Assembly (NCBI GenBank): GCA_027459745.1
Contig: DAIDHL010000004.1
Span: 79,240 to 143,239, forward strand
From: Candidatus Levyibacteriota bacterium
GTDB taxonomy: Bacteria > Patescibacteriota > Microgenomatia > Levybacterales > UBA12049
DNA length: 64,000 nt
Reading direction: 5' to 3'
Below, piece after piece: positions 48,730 to 58,372 of the stretch. A program made the position numbers and the translations under genes. The notes under the pieces are model-generated. The model searched no databases and was not told the DNA's origin. It worked only from the letters and a program-made list of their open reading frames with translations. Within the stretch, counting starts at the first letter, position 1, and each line of letters opens with the position of its first letter.

Positions 48730-49680
48730 CTAAATTAAGGGGTCTATAACAACATAATTATTTTCAGGATCAGAAAGTCCGTTTCTTTTTATCATAACAT
48801 TGCCCCAATTTATATCATAATGATGAAATGAAGACGACCAGTAACGGTTTTTAGTTGGATCAATAATTTTTTTAACTGATAAGGCTATTTCAGGTATACC
48901 GTCAAAAGCAAAGTCCCAAATCCCATCGATAATTTGATCATCCTTTCCCAATTCACCTTTTGCTTTCAATAAGTCATAATCATTAATTATTTGTGCAATT
49001 GTATATCCTTCTATATATTCTTGAATTAATATTTCGCTAGATCCCAAGTATACTTCTGGAACAGGAACCCCATTTTCCCCCAATTGTCGCAGTGCAATAT
49101 AATTACCCAAACCTGTTACTCCACTAAGATTCCATTCTTTACCCGTAGTATCATCTTCATAGAGTTTTCTACCTACAGACGCTTCCCATCTTTTTTGTGA
49201 AAATGGAAAAGCAAAATTAAAATATTTTATACAAAGATCTGAATATGTACCTTTTGCAGTTTTAGGCAATGAGCCAACAGCGCCATATGCCCCACCTCTA
49301 AAATCAGCAAAACTAATCTGTCCTGAACAAACATTGTTTAAGAATAGATCCAGGACTCTTCTTGCTTTTTCTAATTCAGTCAGATTTACAACCACTCTAT
49401 CCAATACTACTTTATAGCCTTCGTCTCTAGAAATATCCCGCACAGCGTAACCATGCTGTGTATTAGTTATCATGCAATCAAGATGGCCCTTGGAAGAATA
49501 CTTTATGTCTACAAACTCTGGTTTTCCTGAATACAATCTAGTAACATCAACTGGGTCAATTCTATCAATAGGAGTATCAGAAATAAAAGTATTGTATGGC
49601 CTTGCTAAAGAACTTCTACTATGAAATGTTCTTCTTGCATCAGCAAATTCTATTGGAATTCCTCTACGCTCTATTTTCAT
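48730..49680 (-). CDS. protein-kinase-like fold phosphotransferase (APH/choline-kinase-like)
   Basis: HHYDINWGNVMI resembles the HxDxxxxN catalytic loop, and ILIQEYIEG is hinge-like. Confidence 0.45.
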   Translation of the reverse strand: MKIERRGIPIEFADARRTFHSRSSLARPYNTFISDTPIDRIDPVDVTRLYSGKPEFVDIKYSSKGHLDCMITNTQHGYAVRDISRDEGYKVVLDRVVVNLTELEKARRVLDLFLNNVCSGQISFADFRGGAYGAVGSLPKTAKGTYSDLCIKYFNFAFPFSQKRWEASVGRKLYEDDTTGKEWNLSGVTGLGNYIALRQLGENGVPVPEVYLGSSEILIQEYIEGYTIAQIINDYDLLKAKGELGKDDQIIDGIWDFAFDGIPEIALSVKKIIDPTKNRYWSSSFHHYDINWGNVMIKRNGLSDPENNYVVIDPLI

Positions 49681-49731
49681 ATTTACAACTTGTGAGGAAT
49701 TGTATCATATCCTAAAGTTTTAAAATAAATA

Positions 49732-50697
49732 TTATCCCACACTTAGGATTTGCACTTCAGGATCAGGGGTAAAATTAAATGTCTCACTAAATTTATCTTG
49801 AATTGCTTTAATTATTGCTTTGACATCTGCAGCTTTAGCATTCCCGACATTAGAAATATAATTATTATGTTTTTTTGAAACCTGGGCGCCTCCTATCATA
49901 TACCCGGAAAAACCAAGACGTCCAATAATATATGCCATAGAAATTTTTCCATACCATTTCCCTTTTACCAAAGCTTCAATATCCGGCCATACTTGCATAA
50001 CTTTTTGTACTTGATCAAGTTGATTAATGTTTTTAAATACAGATCCGCAAGATGGATATTCTAAAGGGTGATGTGACTGACGATAGTCAATGTTTTTCTG
50101 GTAAATCTCTTTCTGTCTCTGCATTTCTATTAAACCTGCATTTTGTAGATTAAAAGTTGCTGAAACAATTAATAAAGCAGGATTACGCTTAAAATAACTC
50201 TCTCTATATCCAAACTGGCACTGAGTTTGGTCCATCGTTTGTATCTTCAAGTTTGAGTCGGATAGGTCAATATATCTGACTAACCTAATATTGTCTTTGA
50301 TTTCTGATCCAAAACAACCTGCATTTCCTCGTACTGCTCCTCCTACAGTACTAGGCAATCCCCCAGCCCACGCCAAACCAGCTAAACCATTCTTAAAAGA
50401 AAACTCTATAAGATCAGACATTTTTACTCCGGCAAAGGCTGTAATACTTGTGCCCTCCTTAGTCAGAGATCCACTGTCACTTTTTATATGCAGAACTACT
50501 CCTTCGAGATTTTCATCCGGTAACAATAAATTACATCCTAAACCAAGGATATAAACAGGAGCAAGTTTGTTAGCGTTTATATATCCTAAAGCATCTTTAA
50601 TATCTTGTTCTGAAGATACGTCAATAACTATCTTAGCCTTGCCTCCTATACCATAATAAGAAATTTGCGACAAATTTACGTTTTGTTTTATTTCCAT
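49732..50697 (-). CDS. murB: UDP-N-acetylenolpyruvoylglucosamine reductase MurB
   Basis: FAD-binding PCMH domain (YYGIGGKAKIVI...) plus the MurB C-terminal domain. Confidence 0.9.
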   Translation of the reverse strand: MEIKQNVNLSQISYYGIGGKAKIVIDVSSEQDIKDALGYINANKLAPVYILGLGCNLLLPDENLEGVVLHIKSDSGSLTKEGTSITAFAGVKMSDLIEFSFKNGLAGLAWAGGLPSTVGGAVRGNAGCFGSEIKDNIRLVRYIDLSDSNLKIQTMDQTQCQFGYRESYFKRNPALLIVSATFNLQNAGLIEMQRQKEIYQKNIDYRQSHHPLEYPSCGSVFKNINQLDQVQKVMQVWPDIEALVKGKWYGKISMAYIIGRLGFSGYMIGGAQVSKKHNNYISNVGNAKAADVKAIIKAIQDKFSETFNFTPDPEVQILSVG

Positions 50698-50776
50698 AAT
50701 TTTCTAATAATCTACTTGAGACAAATAACTTTTAACTGCAGTATAGCAAATATAAAAATAATTAAGAAGTTTGCGG

Positions 50777-51253
50777 TTATTGAACTGAAACAATAGTATA
50801 TGTTACTTTTCCTGCAGGAGCTTCGACCTCCACTATTTGGCCCGTGCCTTTACCCAAAAGAGCTTTTCCTAATGGTGACTCATGCGAAATTTTCTTAGCA
50901 ATCGGATCAGCCTCCCACTCACCTACAACTGTATAAGTTTCAGTTTTACCATCTATCTTAAGATTAACTTTAGACCCAATAGCAATACTTTTATTTTTAC
51001 CGTTAGCTGAACTCTCTTCCTTAACAACTACCGCTTTTTTAATCAATTCTTCAATTTCTTCAATCCTTCCATCAATAAAACTCAACTCTTCACGCGCAGC
51101 AGAATACTCAGCATTCTCTGATAAATCACCCATATCACGAGCATCTGATACACGTTCAACTATTTCAGGACGCTTTACTTTAACTAATTCCTCATGCTCC
51201 TTCTTGAGTTCATCTAATCCTTCTTGAGTTAATAATACCTTTTTATCATCCAT
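50777..51253 (-). CDS. greA: transcription elongation factor GreA
   Basis: N-terminal coiled-coil with acidic tip residues plus the FKBP-like C-terminal domain. Confidence 0.9.
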   Translation of the reverse strand: MDDKKVLLTQEGLDELKKEHEELVKVKRPEIVERVSDARDMGDLSENAEYSAAREELSFIDGRIEEIEELIKKAVVVKEESSANGKNKSIAIGSKVNLKIDGKTETYTVVGEWEADPIAKKISHESPLGKALLGKGTGQIVEVEAPAGKVTYTIVSVQ

Positions 51254-51359
51254 ATTTATTAAAAAAACTCTCCTTTAAATTTAAATCTTGGAGAGATCTA
51301 TAATCTCTGCGAGTATAAATAATAGTATTTTTATTGTCAATGTCCCATAATTATATTTT

Positions 51360-52235
51360 TTATGTATTTTTTTCACGAATATAAAATTCCTGCATGACTT
51401 TAAGCCTATAATCTGCGGGGTGAAAAGCAGCGACGTGATTATCCACCATTTCTGAGGTCCTGTGTCTATTAATTATCCAAAACTGTAGCCATCGACTAGG
51501 ATATTCCAAAATATAGAAACCCGCCTTCACAATATTCTGAAACAGTGATTTTTTAACCTCAAAATTATAAATACTTTGAGGATTGTAATTACCTACAAAT
51601 TTGCTAATCCACTGATTAGCATAAAGTAAACGTTGATAGGATCTGTTCCTATCAAATATAGGCTTCATTTGCATTAATTCATATGCAGTGTAAATATCCT
51701 GATGGTCTCCTTTAAAACCAAGGGCAGTTTCTTCGAGAAAAAAATTTAAACAGATACTATTAGGAGCTTGTGTTGAATTCCGCCTACGTCTTCGACCCAA
51801 CAATTGTAATAAACATAAAGCAAATAACCTGGTAATCCACAGCCTACCCTTAGCAGTAATTATGAATAAATCAATATCTGCTTCTAAATCAGCATTCTCT
51901 CTTGCCAAGCTACCACTCAATCCTATGAAACTAATCGTGGGAATTTTTGTTAAAAACTTAATTGTTCTTTCTGCAGACCTTATTTTTCTCTTACTAATCT
52001 CTCTTCTATTCTTCCTTAAAGCAATAATCTCACTCCGCATTGTTAAACAATAAAATGGACTATGGTATTCAATATACTTGTGGCTAAGTCTTGTTAAAAC
52101 CTTTTTAAATTCTGCTATTTTCACCGGATGAGAAATTATTAAATAGGTATAAATCTCTTTTTCAGTAAGCGGATAATCGAAGATATCACTATATTTTAAT
52201 GTTTGGATAATCGCCTGCTGTATAATAGAGCTCAT
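51360..52235 (-). CDS. Pol-beta-like nucleotidyltransferase-domain protein
   Basis: GLSGSLARENADLEADIDLFII matches the GS...D.D NTase-fold signature. Confidence 0.5.
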   Translation of the reverse strand: MSSIIQQAIIQTLKYSDIFDYPLTEKEIYTYLIISHPVKIAEFKKVLTRLSHKYIEYHSPFYCLTMRSEIIALRKNRREISKRKIRSAERTIKFLTKIPTISFIGLSGSLARENADLEADIDLFIITAKGRLWITRLFALCLLQLLGRRRRRNSTQAPNSICLNFFLEETALGFKGDHQDIYTAYELMQMKPIFDRNRSYQRLLYANQWISKFVGNYNPQSIYNFEVKKSLFQNIVKAGFYILEYPSRWLQFWIINRHRTSEMVDNHVAAFHPADYRLKVMQEFYIREKNT

Positions 52236-52280
52236 AATTTAAGCACTATTATGTCATAAGTCTGCAATTTATCAACAAAT

Positions 52281-53768
52281 TTATTGTCCATATTGCTGAA
52301 GAACTTGTGTTACCCCGTTTGATAATACATTAACTGCATCTGAAAGAGATCCATTGGCTGCTAGACCATTCACAGCTTGCTTGAGATAGCTATTACTTTT
52401 GTCATTAAGACCATTATCAAAGGTATTATCATTAAATATAGTAGACACAGCAGTAGGACCTTGTACTTCAAACGGATAAATTAAAGAATTGGATTTGAGT
52501 GTAGCTGCTAAATCTGAACGGGCGTAAGGTTCTCCGTATCCTCTAACTTTGGCAGCGCTGGCATAAAATTCTTGTTGAGTGGTTTTTTGATTGAGAAAAT
52601 TCATAAACTCCATGGCTTCTTGCATATGTTGACTGTGAATGGACACTCCTTCTACCCAATAACTAGCTATTGTTCTCTTAACACCTAGGTCTGAAGGCAT
52701 CGGGTAAATTTGAAAATGCAAATTAGGATTTAACCTTTGAATATTAGCTATGTCCCATGAATATCCTATATACATTGCTAAGTTACCAGCTGAAAACATT
52801 TGTAAAGAATTGGGTAAAGTACTGCTCCAGGTTGCGTTACTACTGTTAGTAAACTGCATAAAAAAATTCAAGGCTGATTGTGCCCCTGCCTGGTTAGCAG
52901 AAATATTCGTATAATCAACATTACTTTCCGACAATAATAATCCTAAAATATCAGTCCCATTATTGATATTTTGTAAAGAACCCAATGCAATACCTGATGT
53001 GGTAATACTTCCATCTGAGCCCTTAACAGTCAATTGTGGTGCATCTACCTGTACATCATTCCAGTCCGAAGGAATCTTAACTCCTGCTTTTTGAAAAATT
53101 TCAGGATTTATATACAAGGATAAAGTGTCAAAATCCAGCGGGATTCCATAAATCGCTCCCTGATGTACGAGGTCTTGACTAACAACTGGGAAGTAAGCAC
53201 TAGTAAAATCCTTAGTTGAGACCACAGATTGAGACATCGGAGCTAAAACTCCAGCTAATTCGGGGTACCAATTGTTGTGGTAGCGAAAAATATCAGGTCC
53301 ACCCCCAGAATTGATACGAGCTACCAAACGTTTGGGATATTCTTGATTCTCATTATATAGACTCTTTATATCTTGTAATTGATAATCAATCGTTATATTG
53401 GGATGTTGTTGTTCAAACGAATCTATAATAGGCTGCATTATACTTTTATCATCCCATAAACCCCAATAAACCAATGTCACATGTCCCTGATTTTGTTTAT
53501 TTATGTTTGGTAAGACGACAAATAGGATAATGCCCAGAACAATAACTAACAAAAGCACTCCTAGACCTAGCTTAAGTAACAGTCCCAAAGAGGATCGCGG
53601 TCTCGGAGGTGGAGGAGGAACTGGGGGGGGAGGAGTTAACCAACTTTGGTCCTGACGGAAACCACTAACCGGTTGAACTGGAGCAGGTTGAGTCGAAGTA
53701 ACAGGAGCTGCTACAGAATTATTGGCCATGGGAACTTTTTTAGGATCGAATAAAACGTTTTCTGGCAT
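52281..53768 (-). CDS. membrane-anchored extracellular solute-binding protein (SBP family 1, sugar-type) with a Pro-rich cytoplasmic N-terminus
   Basis: PPPPVPPPPPRP followed by one TM helix and then a MalE-like SBP domain. No permease or ATPase genes are adjacent. Confidence 0.6.
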   Translation of the reverse strand: MPENVLFDPKKVPMANNSVAAPVTSTQPAPVQPVSGFRQDQSWLTPPPPVPPPPPRPRSSLGLLLKLGLGVLLLVIVLGIILFVVLPNINKQNQGHVTLVYWGLWDDKSIMQPIIDSFEQQHPNITIDYQLQDIKSLYNENQEYPKRLVARINSGGGPDIFRYHNNWYPELAGVLAPMSQSVVSTKDFTSAYFPVVSQDLVHQGAIYGIPLDFDTLSLYINPEIFQKAGVKIPSDWNDVQVDAPQLTVKGSDGSITTSGIALGSLQNINNGTDILGLLLSESNVDYTNISANQAGAQSALNFFMQFTNSSNATWSSTLPNSLQMFSAGNLAMYIGYSWDIANIQRLNPNLHFQIYPMPSDLGVKRTIASYWVEGVSIHSQHMQEAMEFMNFLNQKTTQQEFYASAAKVRGYGEPYARSDLAATLKSNSLIYPFEVQGPTAVSTIFNDNTFDNGLNDKSNSYLKQAVNGLAANGSLSDAVNVLSNGVTQVLQQYGQ

Positions 53769-53820
53769 ATTGCTCTTTCTCTATAGTATAATATTCTTTA
53801 ACCCTCTAGCAAACTGTCAT

Positions 53821-55242
53821 ATGGAATTAAAGCCGATTCATTTACACCATCATGTAGTCCATTTCTCACGTATGATCTTCTGGTTCTTAATTGGAGGAGT
53901 TTTAGGTTTGACATTTTTTGTAAGCTTTCTACTAATTTTTTATCAGCATGTATATTATCAGAAAGTTTATCCGGGCGTAATGATAAATGGTATTAATTTT
54001 GAAGGACAAACTGAAAATCAAGTTAGAGATTATTTTTTAGAACAAAATGCTAAAATTATTAATAATAAACTGGCTTTTATCTATAAGGATCAGATAGCGA
54101 CTTCCTCGGCTTCTCAGTTACAATTAGGATATAATGCAAATTTACTAGCTCAACAAGCAATAAGTATTGGCCGTTCAGGAGATATTTTCAGTAATGCAAG
54201 TTTGTTATGGCAAGCATACACTAGCAACGTTTCATTGCCTCCTACTTATCAATATGATCAATTATCTTTAACTAATCTCTTGAATCCCTTAGAAAAAAGT
54301 ATAAATGAAAAACCAATCAATGCATCTTTTACTATTAGTAATTCTCACGTGACGGCTTTTCAATTGGCACAAGATGGACAGCAGGTGGATGATGCTCAAG
54401 TTTATCAGAATCTTTTATTAATAATTCCACAGATGCTGCGTCATCCGGAAGATAAATATGTAAAATTCACTTTACCAGTAATCATTCTCAAGCCTCAAGT
54501 TACTGATCAGAGTATGCAAAGTTACGGTATCACACAGCTTATAGCTACAGGAACTTCAGTATTTGCCGGATCAATTCCCAGTCGTGTATATAACATAGGA
54601 CTCGCTGCAAGTCGATTAGATGGAACATTAGTTCCCCCGGGTCAAATTTTCTCTTTCAATAACGCAGTGGGTAATATTTCTTCTCTCACTGGATATAAAC
54701 AGGCTTACGTAATTTCCAATGGACATACGGTACTCGGTGATGGAGGAGGTGTGTGCCAGGTATCAACTACCATGTTTAGAGCAATTCTTAATGCAGGTTT
54801 ACCCGTTATTGAAAGACATGCTCACGATTACGAAGTAGAATATTATACAGAAGATGCTCCCTTAGGTTTAGACGCAGCTATCTACCAACCTACAGATGAC
54901 CTAAAATTTAAAAATGACACAGGTCACTATATACTTATCCATTCTATCTTTCAACCCGACCAAAACAGATTGACTTTTGAATTCTATGGAACTAGTGACG
55001 GCCGACAAGTCAGTATAACTCAACCTGTTATTACTGATGTCAGGCCAGCTCCAGCTCCACTTTATCAGGATGATCCCAATTTACCAGCTGGGACTCTACA
55101 ACAAACAGATTTCGCAGCACCAGGTGCTCATGTTTCGTTTACTCGTACAGTTATACGTAACGGAAAAACCCTATACTTTGATACTTTTAATTCTAACTAT
55201 CAACCTTGGCAGGCAGTATACTTAAGAGGAACAAAAACATAA
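53821..55242 (+). CDS. VanW-family protein
   Basis: N-terminal TM helix, a peptidoglycan-binding-like region, and a VanW core (GGGVCQVSTTMFRAILNAGLPVIERHAHDYEVEYY). The track ORF starts at 53722 and overlaps the convergent SBP gene; the internal Met at 53821 is the likely start. Confidence 0.8.
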   Translation: MELKPIHLHHHVVHFSRMIFWFLIGGVLGLTFFVSFLLIFYQHVYYQKVYPGVMINGINFEGQTENQVRDYFLEQNAKIINNKLAFIYKDQIATSSASQLQLGYNANLLAQQAISIGRSGDIFSNASLLWQAYTSNVSLPPTYQYDQLSLTNLLNPLEKSINEKPINASFTISNSHVTAFQLAQDGQQVDDAQVYQNLLLIIPQMLRHPEDKYVKFTLPVIILKPQVTDQSMQSYGITQLIATGTSVFAGSIPSRVYNIGLAASRLDGTLVPPGQIFSFNNAVGNISSLTGYKQAYVISNGHTVLGDGGGVCQVSTTMFRAILNAGLPVIERHAHDYEVEYYTEDAPLGLDAAIYQPTDDLKFKNDTGHYILIHSIFQPDQNRLTFEFYGTSDGRQVSITQPVITDVRPAPAPLYQDDPNLPAGTLQQTDFAAPGAHVSFTRTVIRNGKTLYFDTFNSNYQPWQAVYLRGTKT

Positions 55243-55246
55243 AGCT

Positions 55247-55729
55247 ATGATTCTAACATTTACTCAACTTAAACAATCTGCACCGATTCTTAAGACTGAC
55301 ATTCAAAGTTTAGTCTTAGTTGGAGGCTGTTTTGATATTTTGCATAGTGGACATATTGAATTTTTAAAAAAAGCCCGCATTCAGGGCGATATCTTAGTTA
55401 TTCTGCTTGAGAGTGATAATTCAATCAAAAAAAAGAAGGGACCTGACAGACCAATCAACTCGCAACTGGATCGAGCAGATTTTTTACAAGAATTGAGAAG
55501 TGTTAATCACGTGGTACTAATGCCCGAATCTACGACTGATGCTGATTACTATGAGGTGACCAAATTGCTAAAACCTGCTATAATTGCAACTACTAAAGGA
55601 GATCCTGCGAGGAAAGAAAAAGAATTATGCGCACAAGCGGTCAATGGGCAGGTTGTTGATGTAATTGACTACATTGCTGCCAAGTCTTCCTCGCATATTG
55701 CTGATCTTCTTAAAAAAGAAGACTTATGA
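55247..55729 (+). CDS. cytidylyltransferase-fold nucleotidyltransferase (RfaE domain II / TagD-like)
   Basis: GCFDILHSGHIEFLKKAR HxGH motif; 160-aa single domain. Confidence 0.7.
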   Translation: MILTFTQLKQSAPILKTDIQSLVLVGGCFDILHSGHIEFLKKARIQGDILVILLESDNSIKKKKGPDRPINSQLDRADFLQELRSVNHVVLMPESTTDADYYEVTKLLKPAIIATTKGDPARKEKELCAQAVNGQVVDVIDYIAAKSSSHIADLLKKEDL

Positions 55730-56199
55730 AAACAATCATCGGTTTATTTGCCATATTATTTATTGTTATAATAGTTACAGTGACAGCTCTACATAACAAT
55801 GATTACAATCCGTTTGTTACTAAATCCCCGTCAGTGCAAATAAATGGAAACACCTTCATTGTCGAAGAAGCCAAGACAAACGCAGCCTGGCAACAAGGTC
55901 TATCAGGAAGAAAAAGTATGCCGGCTAATCAAGCCATGCTATTTATCTTTCCCAAAGCAGATTACCAGCAATTTTGGATGAAACAAATGTTATTCCCGCT
56001 AGATATGATTTTTATAAATAACGATAAAGTAGTTACTATCTATCAAAATGTCCCAATTCCTGCAGCTAATGCCAATTTAAGCTCATTACCAATTTATGCA
56101 TCGAGCAGTCCTGCAGACTATGTACTAGAATTAAATGCCGGGACGGTCAAAAAAGATAATATTAAAGTTGGTGATACTGTAACATATTCTAATTTATGA
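55726..56199 (+). CDS. DUF192-family secreted protein
   Basis: Signal anchor plus a DUF192-like core (MLFIFPKADYQQFWMKQMLFPLDMIFIN). Confidence 0.65.
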   Translation: MKTIIGLFAILFIVIIVTVTALHNNDYNPFVTKSPSVQINGNTFIVEEAKTNAAWQQGLSGRKSMPANQAMLFIFPKADYQQFWMKQMLFPLDMIFINNDKVVTIYQNVPIPAANANLSSLPIYASSSPADYVLELNAGTVKKDNIKVGDTVTYSNL

Positions 56200-57257
56200 T
56201 CCTGCTGGGTATAGAAACATCCTGTGATGAAACAAGCGTAGGTGTAGTTGAAAAAACAGGGGAGCAACTCAAAATTTTAAGTAACATAGTTGCAACTTCT
56301 ATCGCTATCCATAGCAAAAACGGTGGCATAATTCCAGAACTAGCTGCTCGCGAACAGGTTAAATTTATAATACCTGTCTTGCAACAAGCCTTACAAGAAG
56401 CTTGTAGATTTGACATAACCAATTCTGCATCGCAAACACCACCTATTGATGCGATTGCTGTAACTTATGGCCCTGGGTTAATAGGTTCATTGCTGGTCGG
56501 AGTTGAAACAGCCAAAACCTTAAGCTATCTTTGGCATAAACCTTTAGTTCCCGTTAATCATATGTATGGACATATCTATGCTAATTGGTTGCCAGAGTTT
56601 AGTGAACAGATTAAACAACCTACTAATTTCCCTGTATTAATATTAGTGGTTTCAGGTGGCCATAGTGATCTGTTATTGATGAAAAAACATGGAGATTTTG
56701 CAGTGATAGGTGGAACCCGCGACGATGCAGCTGGTGAGGCGTTTGATAAAATTGCTAGACTATTAGGTTTATCGTATCCTGGAGGTCCAGCTATCGCACA
56801 AGCCGCTTTAAATGGTAACAAAAAATTTATCCACTTCCCCCGACCTTTACTAAGCGATGATAGTTTTGATTTTTCTTTTTCTGGATTAAAAACAGCTGTA
56901 TATCGCGAAATAGAGAAAATTAAACACCAAGAGAATGAATTATTCCCTCAACTTATCAGCGATTTATCAGCTTCCGCACAAGCAGCTATTATTGATGTCT
57001 TAGTAAAGAAAACGCTTAGAGCTGCAGAGAGATATCAAGTTAAGTCTATTTTGTTGTCAGGTGGAGTGGCAGCCAATGATTCACTCAGAAAAACTTTTTC
57101 CGAAATTATAGATAAACAAAACTTAACGCTAGAGATTTTTGCCCCGCAAAAATCTCTGTGTACTGACAATGGAGCTATGATTGCTGCAGCCGCAGCATTC
57201 AATTATAATCCCCAATCTTGGCAGGAAGTAACTGTAGACCCACAGTTATATTATTAA
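56196..57257 (+). CDS. tsaD: tRNA N6-adenosine threonylcarbamoyltransferase TsaD (Kae1/YgjD)
   Basis: MILLGIETSCDETSVGVV plus ASKH-fold metal-binding His motifs. Confidence 0.9.
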   Translation: MILLGIETSCDETSVGVVEKTGEQLKILSNIVATSIAIHSKNGGIIPELAAREQVKFIIPVLQQALQEACRFDITNSASQTPPIDAIAVTYGPGLIGSLLVGVETAKTLSYLWHKPLVPVNHMYGHIYANWLPEFSEQIKQPTNFPVLILVVSGGHSDLLLMKKHGDFAVIGGTRDDAAGEAFDKIARLLGLSYPGGPAIAQAALNGNKKFIHFPRPLLSDDSFDFSFSGLKTAVYREIEKIKHQENELFPQLISDLSASAQAAIIDVLVKKTLRAAERYQVKSILLSGGVAANDSLRKTFSEIIDKQNLTLEIFAPQKSLCTDNGAMIAAAAAFNYNPQSWQEVTVDPQLYY

Positions 57258-57307
57258 TTCTCCTCTATTCCCATCTCCAGTTGCCAAGTCATGATAAAAT
57301 ATAGTCC

Positions 57308-58321
57308 ATGTCCATTGAGTCTGTCTTTATAGTTATTTTACTGATTGTTCTTGCTTGGGTTTTCTATTATTTTAATCATAAACTCTCCTCTTTACAGCAA
57401 TCTAAATCAGACCCGACACTTTTTGAATGGTTAAAGGCTATGCAGTCTTCTCTTGACAATACCAATAAGACGCTTAATGACGCACTTAATAATAACTCAA
57501 ATCATATGGTTCGCACTCTACAAGAGAATAGCCGTCAACTAAATGAGCGATTAGATAAGGCCGCAGCTGTTATCAAAGAAGTAGGAGTCGAGGTAGGGCA
57601 AATGAGTGAGATCGGACGAAGTATGAAAGAATTACAGTCTTTCCTGAAGAGTCCTAAACTACGGGGAAATATCGGTGAAGAAATTTTAACTGATTTAATA
57701 CAACAAATGTTTCCTAAACAATCTTTTAATTTGCAATATACATTTCGCAGTGGAGAAAAAGTTGATGCAGCTATTAAAACAGATGCCGGTATTTTGCCCA
57801 TAGATGCTAAATTTCCACTAGAGAACTTTAACAAGATGATTAAAGCTGATGACGAAATAAACAAACAAATTTTTCAAAAAGAATTTATCCGTGATGTCAA
57901 AAAGCACATAGAAACAATTGCCAAAAAATATATTTTACCTGATGAAGGAACGATGGACTTTGCTCTGATGTATGTTCCGAGTGAAAGTATTTATTATGAA
58001 ATTGTAAATACAACAGAAATTATGTCCCATGCTAAAAGACAGAGAGTATATATTGTATCCCCTTCAACTCTGTATGCCCACTTGCAAACCATATTATTGT
58101 CATTTGAAGGTAAAAAAGTAGAGGCAAGATCCAAAGAAGTCTTTAAACTCCTACGTGGACTACAAGTGGATTATGAGAAATTGCAAGATAATTTAACTGT
58201 TTTGGGTAAACACCTTAATAATGCCTCCACTCAATATGGACAAGTTAGCATAAGTTACACTCAGCTTGGTAAAAAACTACAAACCAGTCAATTACTTGAA
58301 ACAGAAAATGAAGTCATATAA
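57308..58321 (+). CDS. rmuC: DNA recombination protein RmuC
   Basis: N-terminal TM helix, coiled-coil, and the RmuC nuclease-like C-domain (DFALMYVPSESIYYEI). Confidence 0.8.
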   Translation: MSIESVFIVILLIVLAWVFYYFNHKLSSLQQSKSDPTLFEWLKAMQSSLDNTNKTLNDALNNNSNHMVRTLQENSRQLNERLDKAAAVIKEVGVEVGQMSEIGRSMKELQSFLKSPKLRGNIGEEILTDLIQQMFPKQSFNLQYTFRSGEKVDAAIKTDAGILPIDAKFPLENFNKMIKADDEINKQIFQKEFIRDVKKHIETIAKKYILPDEGTMDFALMYVPSESIYYEIVNTTEIMSHAKRQRVYIVSPSTLYAHLQTILLSFEGKKVEARSKEVFKLLRGLQVDYEKLQDNLTVLGKHLNNASTQYGQVSISYTQLGKKLQTSQLLETENEVI

Positions 58322-58372
58322 GGATAACTCTTTTTCTTGCTCTGTCTCAGTGCTTCTGTTATTATATTTTTC

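Noticed and set aside
57535-57864. 109-aa minus-strand ORF
   Set aside because: It is antisense inside rmuC.
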